A stretch of 64,000 bases of DNA from Laetmonice hystrix (taxonomy: Eukaryota), in NCBI GenBank assembly GCA_965235115.1, contig OZ249436.1, positions 64,418,001 through 64,482,000 on the forward strand, written 5' to 3'. Of the stretch, positions 52,201 through 62,981 are shown one piece after another. How positions within the stretch are numbered: position 1 is the first letter of the stretch; the number at the start of each line of letters is the position of its first letter. Position numbers and translations under genes: made by a program. Under the pieces are notes generated by a model. That model worked only from the letters and a program-made list of their open reading frames with translations, was not told where the DNA came from and did not search any database.

Positions 52201-53614
52201 TTTATAGCATGTAATCACAGCATGTTCTTATTCAAGGATTTCCTGGGAGGATTGGTGAGAGTGGCTATAATATTCCCAGAAATATAGCCTGGCAGCTCTG
52301 TTTGAAGTGATCCGAGCAGTCGGCATAGATCAAAGGCCCGAGTGGTAGTGTTCGCCTGGGGAGTATTGGGGTGGGGGGGGGGGAGGGTGTGGCTCTTTAC
52401 ATCAGCACCATCTACTGATCCTGTTGCTGTGATCAGCCACTCTGGCTCCTAGTGTACACATGATCAGCACCACAAACGCCTTAAGATTCCTCACAGAACA
52501 AGTCTCTGGTTCTGTCTTCATACATGTCAAAATTATCTTGAAGTGAGCAGGGCAGAGAGGGCACCCTTCGACTCACAAAAGACAAGGTGAGCAAGATCTA
52601 CTTGCAAGGTCTATTGGATCTAGAGTTTAAAACAAATGACTAACATCCTTTTCATACATACCCTTCTGGTTTCTTGAAATGACTGTTGGAAGATATCCGG
52701 GAATATCGGGTGGCCATAAGTGCCGATTCTGTCAAAGCAAGTGTGCCCGGTGTTTTGAATATATCTTCCTGTTTGAGCTCTTCTCCCTCCTGTACAGTTG
52801 GCAAGGGCCCAGACATAGGACGTACACTATTAGATCCACTAGATGTGTTACTTGTTTTGGGGCTGTCACCACCCATTTGTACATATTGCACATACAAATC
52901 TGACTTGAGGAACAACGGGTAGGTGTCGTTCCTCATTGTTTCCTCGACTTCTTTCTGTGCTTCATCGAAAATTGATTGGTTGATATTTTCTTTTCTGCTT
53001 AGAAGGTCAGCCAAATTTCGCTTGATGTCAGCTCGTAATGAGAGCTGGTCACCCTTGATATATTTCCTATATATTAACTTTACTAGACTGTGTATTTTGG
53101 ATTCATCCTTTCCAGGCACCATTTTTAGACCGCGGCAGGCGAACCAAAAATCCAGAGTATATGCACATTGTTCCTGATCAAGGAACTGCTTGAAGAGTTT
53201 GACACCATCGCTGTCGTCCAACAGGTGCACCAGGTTCTCCGCCCACTTCAAGTATGGCGGTGAGCTGTTCTCTGTAAATGGCGGTGAATTTGCTGCACTT
53301 CCCTCAGGTTCAAAGCCAAGGGGAGCGTTCACTTCGTCACCATCCACTCCAGCAAGCGAACAGCTCAGAGAGGTGTTGGTCTTATCCAGGTTGGACCTTC
53401 GTGGTGTTGCAGCCGGTGAGTTGTCGCTTCTGTGAGACTTTCCAGAGGTGTGGCTCTTGGCAGACAGGTGACTCTTGTAAGAGCCGCTACTCCGCGTTGA
53501 AGTTCCTCCGTTAGAGTGCAGCTCATTCTCCTCCCCCGGTACAGGGGGTCTTGGGGCAGTCTCGGTGAAGTTCCCCCCGGAGTCGTTGAGGAATTGCTGC
53601 ACCTCTATACTCAT
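3438..53614 (-). CDS. Axin: Axin (Wnt destruction-complex scaffold), spliced CDS join of 10 exons: 52662-53614, 41598-41744, 28193-28310, 26229-26372, 20792-21480, 15918-16040, 13136-13369, 11708-11845, 11280-11453, 3438-3564; 948 aa
   Basis: All junctions are GT-AG, phases match (2,2,0,0,2,2,2,2,2) and the summed length is 2847 nt. The Axin hallmarks appear in the correct order: [33 protein letters not shown]3 helix, [23 protein letters not shown]. Confidence 0.96.
5072..5107 (+). repeat. (GGGGGT)n G-rich repeat, potential G-quadruplex
   Basis: Six G-runs of 5-6 nt separated by single T. Confidence 0.85.
7974..8862. repeat. CA-rich minisatellite, about 15 units of mostly ~56 or ~68 bp
   Basis: Recurrent gccctctcactggctgacc(t/c)acacccacactgtccacaccc[acaccacaccc]agtcctctgttg. 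Confidence 0.95.
11280..11453 (-). CDS. Axin: Axin coding exon 9: N-terminal half of the DIX domain ([38 protein letters not shown])
   Basis: Acceptor gtatgtgtttgcag, donor CAG|GTACGT, 174 nt; canonical DIX sequence. Confidence 0.96.
11708..11845 (-). CDS. Axin: Axin coding exon 8 ([45 protein letters not shown]); symmetric, possibly skippable
   Basis: Acceptor gatgtgtttcag, perfect donor CAG|GTAAGT, 138 nt, open in the phase 2-2 frame. Confidence 0.82.
13136..13369 (-). CDS. Axin: Axin coding exon 7 ([33 protein letters not shown])
   Basis: Acceptor atgattccag, donor AG|GTCAGT, 234 nt, phase 2-2. Contains the conserved QDP.MPP..PN..QLEEA.RRL motif. Confidence 0.93.
14969..15018. repeat. 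Perfect 25-bp tandem duplication containing 14-bp palindromes
   Basis: (cgtacggccgtacgtacgaccacca)x2. Confidence 0.95.
15918..16040 (-). CDS. Axin: Axin coding exon 6 ([10 protein letters not shown]...SSSGQG)
   Basis: Acceptor tctttttttag, donor GG|GTACGT, 123 nt, phase 2-2. K|VLAWMME resembles vertebrate KIMQWIIE. Confidence 0.9.
20601..20648 (-). CDS. Axin: Candidate 48-nt micro-exon (N)[15 protein letters not shown](E)
   Basis: Acceptor gtgtttcctctcag, donor GA|GTAAGT, phase 2-2, no stop. Confidence 0.4.
   Translation of the reverse strand, partial: HLENHSSSERFDGST
20792..21480 (-). CDS. Axin: Axin coding exon 5: beta-catenin-binding segment ([18 protein letters not shown]) and His-rich tract
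   Basis: 230-codon ORF; NAGNAG acceptor tttttagcag; donor AA|GTAAGT; contains [13 protein letters not shown] and NIDSGVS; phase 0-2. Confidence 0.95.
22218..22258. repeat. (CTG/CAG) trinucleotide microsatellite, about 13 units
   Basis: Perfect tgc repeats. Confidence 0.95.
22604..22639 (-). CDS. Axin: Candidate 36-nt micro-exon [12 protein letters not shown]
   Basis: Perfect donor CAG|GTAAGT; acceptor ttttctttacctgaaatgtag; phase 0-0, no stop. Confidence 0.4.
23062..23499 (-). CDS. Axin: Candidate unannotated Axin exon: cassette of 438 nt (phase 0-0) or alternative first exon from ATG 23469
   Basis: Long protein-like ORF; donor ATG|GTGAGT at 23061 in phase 0, matching exon 5; acceptor ttattgcctgcag at 23500 also in phase 0. 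Confidence 0.6.
23650..24030 (-). promoter_or_regulatory. Candidate internal promoter in the intron between coding exons 4 and 5
   Basis: On the minus strand: TATATAAA 23682-23689, CCAAT at 23919-23923 and 23983-23987, AP-1 TGAGTCA 23997-24003, E-box CACGTG 24010-24015; CpG-rich. Confidence 0.45.
24395..24420. promoter_or_regulatory. Two oppositely oriented TCF sites flanking one Helper site
   Basis: TTCAAAG 24395-24401, GCCGCCG 24406-24412, CTTTGAT 24414-24420. Confidence 0.55.
24560..24573 (-). promoter_or_regulatory. CTCF-like motif
   Basis: GCAGTAGATGGCGC matches CCASYAGRKGGCRS at 13/14 positions. Confidence 0.5.
26229..26372 (-). CDS. Axin: Axin coding exon 4: GSK3-binding helix (RTDRAPKD...[20 protein letters not shown])
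   Basis: Acceptor ttcttcttgcag, donor GAG|GTAGGT, 144 nt, phase 0-0. Resembles vertebrate EPQKFAEELIHRLE. Confidence 0.95.
28193..28310 (-). CDS. Axin: Axin coding exon 3 ([39 protein letters not shown])
   Basis: Acceptor cttcttcttacag, donor CCG|GTAAGT, 118 nt, phase 2-0. Resembles vertebrate DGIPPY..KQHRREM..PHIP. Confidence 0.93.
35290..35890. promoter_or_regulatory. Intronic TCF plus Helper composite enhancer
   Basis: GCCGCCA 35361 with CTTTGAT 35375; ATCAAAG 35810 with GCCGCCG 35819; CTTTGAT 35871 with GCCGCC 35882; additional sites near 35295 and 35587. Confidence 0.6.
36371..36691 (-). CDS. Axin: Candidate unannotated Axin exon: cassette of 321 nt (phase 2-2) or alternative first exon from ATG 36630
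   Basis: In-frame ORF with coding-like, C/G-ending codons ends at a perfect donor AG|GTAAGT (36370), in the phase exon 3 needs. The acceptor gtcgacag is weak. Confidence 0.55.
41598..41744 (-). CDS. Axin: Axin coding exon 2 ([38 protein letters not shown])
   Basis: Acceptor ttatttttacag, donor GT|GTAAGT, 147 nt, phase 2-2. Resembles vertebrate [35 protein letters not shown] as I recall it. Confidence 0.95.
44822..44835 (+). promoter_or_regulatory. CTCF-like motif
   Basis: TCAGCAGGTGGCGC, 13/14 match to the consensus. Confidence 0.5.
46184..46221. repeat. 20-bp tandem duplication
   Basis: ccagcagaacaaatgaccgg followed by ccagcagaacaaatgacc. Confidence 0.85.
49775..49811. repeat. Short tandem duplication with 20-bp period
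   Basis: ctgccccattttcagag occurs twice. Confidence 0.8.
51250..51550. mobile_element. piggyBac-type non-autonomous element (MITE), 293 bp
   Basis: TTAA at 51250-51253 and 51547-51550; inverted termini CCCTTTCTAGTC and revcomp CCCTTTCCAGTC (11/12), with degenerate extension to about 24 bp. Confidence 0.75.
52662..53614 (-). CDS. Axin: Axin coding exon 1: start codon, tankyrase-binding motifs and RGS (APC-binding) domain
   Basis: MSIEVQQF...[10 protein letters not shown]...[10 protein letters not shown]...[27 protein letters not shown]...[11 protein letters not shown]. Start context atcaccATG; donor GG|GTATGT at 52661. Confidence 0.97.
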
Positions 53615-53744
53615 GGTGATGGCATGCTATCCAAACTTAACACTCCCAGCAGACTGGCATCAGTGGCAGGATGACCGGCAAATCAGCCACAAGCAGGAGA
53701 GGTACCTTATAACTGGAGCTGATCAGTCACATCATCGAAATAAT
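53615..53744 (-). other. Axin: 5'UTR part of the first coding exon, containing three uORFs
   Basis: Acceptor ctttgttttgatgtttttcag at 53745-53765, upstream of the ATG at 53614. Confidence 0.8.
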
Positions 53745-56552
53745 CTGAAAAACATCAAAACAAAGAATAAGTTACACATATATGCAGAAAGCTCTGCCTC
53801 CTCTGCGAGGCAACATGATGCCTTGCTGCAAGGAAGCCTTCTCCAAACAGACAAGACTCACTGTAAACTTGAGATCCAAGACACCTTACACAAAAGTGAC
53901 GAGGGAAAATATAGGATACAGGTTAATAACTACCCTACTGCATTCTACCTTCAAAGAATAGCTGCTCAGTTACGCATACAGTAATACAGTGCTTGGAACT
54001 GTCAATATCTTCACTTGACCAACTCCTTAAGATCCAAGGAAAAATAAATCTGAGGTGCATCATGCAGCCTTTGAAGCCTTCCTACATGATGGGCCTCCCT
54101 CCGTTACTTCCACTGCATTTAAGCAAAATATGAAATCAATTCTTTCTATCGCGAGAACAAAAACAGACAATGCACAATTAAAACAGCAACAGCTTTCTCA
54201 CTTTGACATAGCGAGTGAAGAAGACTACTACTTCAGCCATAGAAATAAAGCTTGATTTCACCATCATGCGCAGCGGCTTTGAAGCTGGTGCATGATGAAA
54301 AAACATGTCTTTGAAGTCCCTCCACAAAGAATCCAATACTGTTGATCCCAATGTTATCATGTTCATCCACATGGCGATGTGCAGGCTTAGGTCTGAAGTT
54401 CAACACCCTCCTTCGCCGTGAGTGCAATATTTAGTCACTGTTTTCTACTGTGGTCTGAAAGTTCTACCCTGCTTTGTAAATATGATACTCATTGAAAGAA
54501 AATGTACTGCTCACAGTATCAGGATCACTAATCATGAAACTGACGCTATCACAAGAAACAGGATATTATATCCCTCAAGTTGGTTCTCAAACAGAAATTC
54601 ATGCGATCAGCACGATTACTTTTGACACTTACATCTCTGTAGATCAACTGATGGCAACAGATTCAAAATACTTTTTCCTTGTTCTTGTTTGGAGTCTTTG
54701 ATAACAGGAACACATCATGCACTGAATAATTCCTTGGAACAGACATGTCATGTCTAGTCACCTAAGAAGATCCAATAGAACCGTTAAGCGGAAATTCGAG
54801 AAATGTGCCAGTGCTGGAGATCAAAGACTAGGCCCAGGGAAGTCAATGGACATGGGGCGAGACTTGATCGCTACAAATGACACAAGGTTACCCCTTGGGC
54901 CATCACACAGATAAATCACCAGTGGTCAAAGCTTGAAATGTACACTGCTTTAATACTTCCCACATCACAGGGCCCCATTTCCCTAAGGAACATTGCCTAT
55001 CACTGGAGGAAAAGTTGTCTCAGTATCAATTAACATGGTTTGCCTGATAATACATTCAAAACATTCTGACACGAACAGGGACAAAATCAAAGGATAGTAA
55101 ATTAATGTCAGAATTAGACCGACGACGCCCGGCATGCTATCATGCTGGACGCCTGACAATTCACTGCATGCTTGCTCTTCAATTTCACTGAGTATCGGTA
55201 AAAATTTGAATCCTTAGGATACTTTTGACAGTGGAGAAACAAAAGTGTTTTCAAGCGAGTCGACTGGCTTCCCATCCCAATACACACATCATCATGTGGT
55301 GGCCATCTTGGCAGAACCGTGGGTAGTTTTCGGCGCTATTTAAACCATTTCTGGGGTAGAAATCGCATACCTATCCGTTCTACGCCATGCCCAGGGATCT
55401 TTTCACCCTAGTTTGGTGATCTATCGCTGATTGATCCATTTACGAAGCGCTGAATCGACTTCTTTTGGCACATCACACAGTAGGTCAGTATCTAGTGTAA
55501 AGGGGCCGCCATGATGTTATGCAAATGAGGGGCACCTGCAGGGTGTCGTACTGCAGACTCCACTACCAAACGTCACATTGTTTACGCCGACTAAATTGTA
55601 ACAAAAATATATCAAAAAGAGCTATTCGAAACAATGTTTCTTTCTGTTAGCCGATTCACTCACATCCTGTTTACTTTGTAATCGAAATTTGTCATAAACT
55701 CAAAAGGAAATCGCAAATTCGATACACATTGATTACCCGATAGAGTACAATGAAACGAATGTGTATATTTTCAGTTTCATTGTTTTCTAGCATGGTTGGG
55801 TTTCAAACATGCTTCTTTAAGAGAAGGAAATCTGGCTGCAGTCATAGAAACCTTATTATATCGCTTGTATTAAAACTTCATGTTTGCAATCTCACTCGGG
55901 GCCTAGCTGGCTTCTCCTGTCCATTCAATGCATGCCCTGACCTACTTTCATTCAACTCGCAAGGGCACTGTGTAAGCTTGTTCATTCTGTAGCAATCCAT
56001 GTTTAAGTGATGAAAACTATAAAAACAATTCTTATTTCCCCCACTTTCCTGTTCTCTTTCCACTCTTATCCCGAATTCTTTTAACTTACAAACATCCGTG
56101 TTAAAAGTTTTTCAGCGAAGGCCCGTGTGCATGCGTGAAGCCCGTCAGCCGCGTTCAATATAGCCAAGCTCCGCCTATTATTACAAGAACAGGTCAGCCT
56201 CTAGTTCCCATGAGAAAAAAAAACCGTCTTCACACTCACAGCCACGATATTGATAGTACATCCTCGGACTCCAGTTTTCTTGTTTAAAACATGTGCTCCT
56301 AAAAGTTTCAGTGTGTTGAGTGGACTCATTCCGAGAGCGTGCGGTTCTGCTGCCGCCGCCCCACACACCCGGCTCGCAGTGACTGACACTCGGACGGCGG
56401 TGACCGCCCAGGTCCCCGTACACCAAACCCTCCGCACAGCAAAGGCATGTGCACCCGGCTCGAAAACTTTTCTGTCGCTCAGTGTTCCCCGATCGTAGCG
56501 CCCTACTCGCGACACGTGTAACCAAATCGCTGAAAGCAGACAAAACACCTAC

Positions 56553-56640
56553 CTTGTATCCTCCAGCAAAGTTTGTACCATCATTGATTCCGAAAGTTTC
56601 AAGATTGAGGTAGCAAAATTAGCGATTGAAATTTGAAAAG
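56553..56640 (-). other. Axin: Non-coding first exon (5' boundary approximate)
   Basis: Strong donor AAG|GTAGGT at 56552, directly below a promoter-motif cluster. The TSS is inferred. Confidence 0.6.
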
Positions 56641-56760
56641 TTTGAATCTGCTACATCAAAGCCACATGCCCGCCGCCGACAGCCCCTCTGGACGGTGACG
56701 TCACAACTTCTGAAACACCGCGCCAATCGGAGGCCAGCTAGAATCAACATCCACAAAAAT
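56640..56760 (-). promoter_or_regulatory. Axin main proximal promoter
   Basis: TCF site ACATCAAAG 56653-56661, Helper GCCGCCG 56672-56678, palindromic CRE TGACGTCA 56696-56703, CCAAT 56723-56727; CpG-rich. Confidence 0.65.
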
Positions 56761-57299
56761 GTGTCAGCCAAGTCCACCATGGGGCATAGGGGTGGTCGGG
56801 TAAGACTGAATGAAATAGTGACACATATTATTTTGGTGAAGAAAACACCGCATTTGTTGCTTGACGCCTTCGTCACAACACCACGAGCTTCTTTTAATAA
56901 AGCTTAAGATGTGAACTTTGATGCGCTTGGCTCTGGAGGGTATTTAGGACAATGGCCATACACCCCTCATCACTGACATCAGATCTGAATGATCCGTCTT
57001 GATCGCCCCCCCCCCCCGATAGGCCTAAACTAATAGCCGCCAGCATACATGTGGTGCAGTTCAAAAACCCTTGCCATCATTATAGTCCGGACTTTGAGCA
57101 ACCCATGCAGCCTATATACATGATTCAAAATACCATTTTATCTGTTCCTGACAACTTCAGTTCCACGCACCTACACTCCTCTCAAACTTCTGCAGCCCTA
57201 GCGCTGCCGACAGGATATGTTATGGAATGGTGGTGGTGTACGGCTTGGCCCGGGTTGTCTTCAGTAGAGCGCTACGGCTCGCACCCCTATAAATTACAC

Positions 57300-57710
57300 A
57301 TGTTCGCCGCCGGCTCCCTTTGAAGTTCCGGTCACTGGCTTTCGTTTGAAATTTTAATTAGATGATTGATGGGACACTTTTTACAGGACCCTTTTTCATC
57401 GCGGCTGGCCCTTTTCTTTGTTCACGGCTACTCCTTCGGCGGCTTTGGTCCCCAACACCGTAATTCTAGCTACCTTTGATGTTACTCGGTGGCTCGAGCA
57501 GAAGTTTGCCGGTTTAGACGGACCGGCCAGCTCGGATCTCGGCTGCACCACCAACCGACCGTTTGTGCACCGATAAAGCCGCGACCCGCCGGTAGGTGTA
57601 GAACTGAATAGGCCGGCTGCGGCAAAACTCTTTGATCTTCTCCGCCGACAAGAAAGTGTCTGAAACGACTTTTACACCAAGAAAGCGGCCCCTACTTTGA
57701 TGTCAATTGT
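57300..57710. promoter_or_regulatory. Upstream TCF/LEF site cluster (candidate Wnt-responsive enhancer)
   Basis: Helper GCCGCCG 57306-57312 with CTTTGAA 57318-57324; further CTTTGAT near 57474, 57630 and 57695, all in the same orientation. Confidence 0.6.
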
Positions 57711-59982
57711 ACTGCTACAAGATTAATGGCCGTAATTGTGATGTTGCGCAAAAGGTGATGAAAACAAAGAAATTTCAAGTCTAATTTGTTTAAAATAATA
57801 TCCTTTTTAATGTTACATCTAATGTGAAAGACCAAAGTTCAAACCTTGTTTATTTTCAGTATAGGCCTATTGCTGACATTGCGGAAAACGTATATTTGAA
57901 TAATTAAAGCTGTCGAGATGCCAATTTTGTCTGCGAGCATAATCTGGCTCAGGGCGGGTCATTATAGTCTATTCCGTTATCGACGAAAAGTTCACCTTGA
58001 AGAGATTATAGACGGTATAGGCCTCTATAGGCCTATAGGCCTATAATAATATTATTTTAATACTATATAGCTCATCGAAATCGTATAAAATGGCCTATTA
58101 TATCCTGCAGTTATAGATCTATAGGCCTATAGTAGGCCTATACGTGCACGCAAAATGAGCACATAGGCCTAATATAAGGTTATTCGCGCGTGTATAGGGC
58201 CTATATGCCTATAGGCCTACTGCTGGTTATACCCTCCCGGGTATAGCGATCCCCAAGCCCTAAATCCATGGCAGGGGGTTATAAGCACATTTCAAGCCGT
58301 CCATAGGCCTAGGCCTATATGCCATTAATCCGATTCCTAGCTTTAATCCAGTAGGCCTATCTTTATTTGGCATTCCTGCATGGCATATAGTATTATGGAC
58401 CAACGCAGTCGCTTTTTATATTTCTATACAAGGTCTTTCGCCTGTTGCGGGCTGTTCACTGCGAGTTACCCATTATAGATAGGCCTAACCCTTTACCCTT
58501 GAACATAATAACCCATGCATGCGCTTCCTTGTCGTTCTTATTTTAATAAGCTACACAACCTATAAGGTTCTTGACCGATGTACTCTTTTTTCCCCCTCTG
58601 CGATTCCTATATAAGGCACCTTTCATGATGTACCAGAACAATCAGACAACTATATATCCCTAAATCCTTTGAACTTAGCCGCGTCGATATCTTCAATCGC
58701 TCTTTAATCAGCGCCATGTACGCGCCCCCTGTGCAGGATATCTTAATAATTTTTACTATCTTCATGAGTAACAAAAATGCCATTATACGCATGATCATGT
58801 TTATAATGTAGGCCTATACTATTTAGCTCTGTGTTTGTTTATTCGTTACTTCATTAGAGGTGTCGCAAAGTTCAGATCGGGTCGGCAAAAAGTCTTTCAT
58901 CTTGCTCTCGGCCGGGCACCGCTTTGATCGTTTCTTAGCGGGGGGACGGTGGCGCACGGCGTGGGCTATAAGCATCGTCGCAGTGCATGCGGCGCGGTAG
59001 ATTTCAGTATACGCTTTCGCGTGACATACTGGCCTCTCCCAACATAGAGGTCTATACAGTATAAGAGTTCAAATTACGAAAAGCATGAACAAAGAGTATA
59101 TTCTCTTATCTCGGTGCCAGTTACATTTGGTAAACACAATATACATGGATTGTACGTGAATCAAATTATAGGCCTATAGGCCTATATTATGTGAAAACCT
59201 CTCCTTGAATATACCGCGTGTAGAGTCTATACACGGGGCATACTATGTGAGAAATTAATATTTTAAGCGGCGAAAAATGGCCCAAACATGCAGCATCTTC
59301 ACAGTCATAATACCTGTCCATCTATAGCTCTCCATGCAATTGTGAATACTTTTATACACCAGAAAATTAACGTGTAGGTATTATGTCCATGAATTAGTAT
59401 TATGCCCATGTAGGCCTATAATTAACATGCTTACAACTTTGTTCCGGATAAAAAAAAACTTTAAGGAGGGGCTATCTTATACGCCCTCTTCGCGGTCAAT
59501 GCTAGAAATAATGATAAGCCTATCTTTATCAATCAAGCAATTAATAGGGGTGAATGGCCGGGGACTAATGCATGGAAGGAATTATTATCAACGATATGAT
59601 CTGTGGGTATAATCATAGCTCATCTTTATTCTCCTTCTCGTATAATAGGACCGATCGTGGTCTCAGATTGTGAAAGAAATAGCCTGCACCTGCCTAACAG
59701 AAAGATTAAAAATAATTCTGACATCAAAATAATATGATCTATAGGCCTAATGATTTTGTTGTAGGCCAAAATATAATAAGTCATATAGGCTTATATAGGT
59801 GCACTATACGCCATGAAGAAACCTCAGAAGAAAACGCACTTAACTTATTTTGCATATACATGATAAAAAATTTAATATTTAATTGCTGATATCCGAAAAC
59901 ATTATTAGCCCTCCTCTATCGGGATAACCCACTTTCGTTATAAAATCAGTGGGTGCACTATTCAGTAGGCCCCTATAGGCTT

Positions 59983-60060
59983 ATTGATTGATTGATTGAT
60001 TGATTAGGCCCCTAATTGATTTACTTATACATTCATTCATTCATCCATTCATTAATTCAT
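59983..60060. repeat. (ATTG)n followed by degenerate (ATTC)n microsatellites
   Basis: attgattgattgattgattgatt...cattcattcattcatccattcatt. Confidence 0.85.
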
Positions 60061-62981
60061 TTACATTTACTTGGAGGGGCGTTACTTCCAGTTCGTTTAA
60101 ATCGGTCTGAAAAGGTCAGTTAAGGAAAGTGGATTCGCCTTGATCCGTTCTATAGGCCTAGACCTCTATATAGAGAGAGGAGGAAGTTTAGCCTTGATTT
60201 GTCTGCATGATTTTGATCACGTTATAGTCTTGTGGTCAAGCTATAACCATTCTGGATCGGCCCGGGTTTCTCTCTCCATACATCTTCTAGGCACACAATG
60301 CCAGATCTATATAGGCCTATACTTGTGATGAGGTCCGACCTATGATCAAAGATATACAAACTAGGCTAAGGACCCCTGATCTCCCCATGCAGTATATACA
60401 TGCAGTTTCAAATAATCATCTGAAGCTCGTGTATAATATGCACATGCACATACCATATTAATACGGATAAAAGCTATACATATAATCTGGAGATGCAGGA
60501 AAGATACATGCAAGGGTAGGCCTACGCCTCTTTCCTTTTTAATAAAAAAATAATTCTTAAAAAAAACCTGACAATTTAGTCAACATCAGTGGCGGGCACC
60601 ATGGATATACCACTGAACAAACTGCATGTTACAACAAGAAAGGGGTTCTTAGGGCCCTCTGTGCACAGACGCCAACTATATAGGCCTCTTGGCTTTATGC
60701 CTCAAGAGGCGTTCGTAAAGTCAGGGTTTAATCCTCAACAGCTGCACGACCCTTTCTTATAATTCCCCGAACCAGCCCGATATATTATAGTGTTCAATAA
60801 TTACCTTGTATCAACGTGGCCAACTGCTAACTTGAGCTATATCAGAATGTTACAATGGTCATGCATACCCCCCACCCCCCACCAACACACAGTTGCTGTA
60901 CCGTATCGGCATATTGCAGACTACGTTTGGACCCCTGCAACTTCATGGAAGCACGGCGATGATGTGCCATTGGTGCATGGTGAGTAATTTTGACAATAGC
61001 TGTTAACAAAGGTATAGGGTACCTCTGCGATGACTGCAAAGCGGGCAAGATCAGCGGTCGATAGACTTATACGTCGATTTCTATTTAAACGGTACATCTT
61101 GTTTCCCAAGCAAACTGTCTTTTGGAGAATATCCGTGTGTGATCAACATCATCATCCCAAATAATAGATAAGGAGTTTTTCTCTCTTATATAGGCCTATG
61201 GATCGGTTATTATTATTTCGGCAAAGCAGCCTGCAGGGTATTGAGGAGGTCCTGTATAGAGGTCTAGACCCCTACAAATTACCGTTTTAATTCCAATTGT
61301 CCTTTACGTTGTGACTTTTTGGTTGAGATCCGTAACACGCCTTCCGTATACATGTATAATGTATAAGCGGTACTTCATGAATAATTCTATGAGGCAAAAA
61401 CTCGTGAATGTGGGGTTTATAATCGCGCTTAAGGTCTATTATGTTAAAGGCGGACAAAAACCGCGATGTTCGACCAGTGTAGGCTACGAACATTAAGACA
61501 GAGAGGTCTATAATCTTACCACAACTTTCATGTGTCGTCTTAAATGCATCACAACGTTTACATTGTACATGTACTATAATGGGAACTTACCTCTATACAT
61601 GCTGAGGGTAGAATACTCTTGTGCAATTTGGTAGATATTTACTTAAAGCTATAACTGTATAGGCCGACGTTTTAGCCCTTATTGCGATCAGTCGTGTGCA
61701 AGCATTCAGATATACATACGTAATTGTATTCACAAAGGTGCTTTGATGTATTTGTATCAGCGTTCTCTTGCACAATGGACTAAACGCATACGACGGGATC
61801 GGATAAAAGGGAACATGGCACAGAGGCGCCCCCTTACGGATGATTGTGCACGGGATCCCCCACAAACGGTACTGAATGAAGCTTTTGCTAACCATAACGA
61901 CTAACACCAGGACCAGGGGGGGGGGGGGGTATTTAGCCAAATTCTGGTTCCTGCTTTACGGGGTAAAGGAACTTCAAAAAGGGTTAAGCCCCTCGCTCTT
62001 CTGATATTTATAGGTCTATATACAGGAGCCGATGCGGTTTAGGGCAGGGAGTGCAATCGTGGACCCCCTAATGGCTATTATGCCATAGTGCATGGCGGTG
62101 CACCGGGTTGGACCCTAGGCGTACGGCGGTGGGGGGGGGGCGATTCGAAGAAAGTCGGCTAATAGGCCTATGGGCAATAGTGAGGCCGAGCAAATAAAGC
62201 TGATGGTATAGGCTAGATCTATAGAGGGGCGTAGGTTCCCCCGGCTCCTACACCCCTGCGCATGTGTTTCTATACATGGATACGTAATTTCTCAAATACT
62301 TGGCCTATAAGTAGGCTACATGACTGTGTGCATTATAGAAGTTATAGAAGCATTTTAACTTTCGACGCAAGATCTGTTAATTGGATTTCCCTCGGAGGCT
62401 CCGGTTGATATAGGCTGAGACTTGGGATGCTCTGTAATCCATTAATTGTTATGGTGGGGTATTTTATCCGAAAGTCTGAAAAGGAAAAACAACGATCATC
62501 TTCTTTATATCTAACTTCACATATTCACTTCATCTTGGGTTACAAAATAAGTATAGGCCTATAATAATGTACCTAATGATACGAAGTCTTCCATACAAAA
62601 CTGGCCTATGGTGCTTCTGGGACAAGTAGGGCCGAGGTCTAGCTTCCTCTAGATATTGAATGCAACTTTGACAGAAGACATGCATGAAGAAAGATTCATG
62701 GGCGTGTCTCAGAAATACTCCGATTCCACGTGGTATGAGAAATAGCTTTGCGTAGTGCTTCAACAACCGGTGGGGTGTGTGGATATCGCCCTCTGGTGAT
62801 TCAACAGTGCAATACTGCATGGAATTCCCAAATTTAACAACAGATGGCGCTTCGTTAAAATGTACAGAACCATTTCAAACCCACGGCTGGGTGTCTCCAT
62901 ACTGAAGGTTGAGTTGAGCTGACCGATCCTTGCATCCACCCACACAGCTGTACCCCCCCCCCCCCCAAAAAAAAAATCCTG

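Noticed and set aside
52652-52661. ORF-track C-terminus ...GYV* of the 320-aa ORF
   Set aside because: This is read-through into the intron past the GTATGT donor, not a true terminus.
4625-62960. Numerous poly-C/poly-G homopolymer runs
   Set aside because: They are ordinary simple sequence, and their lengths are unreliable in assemblies.
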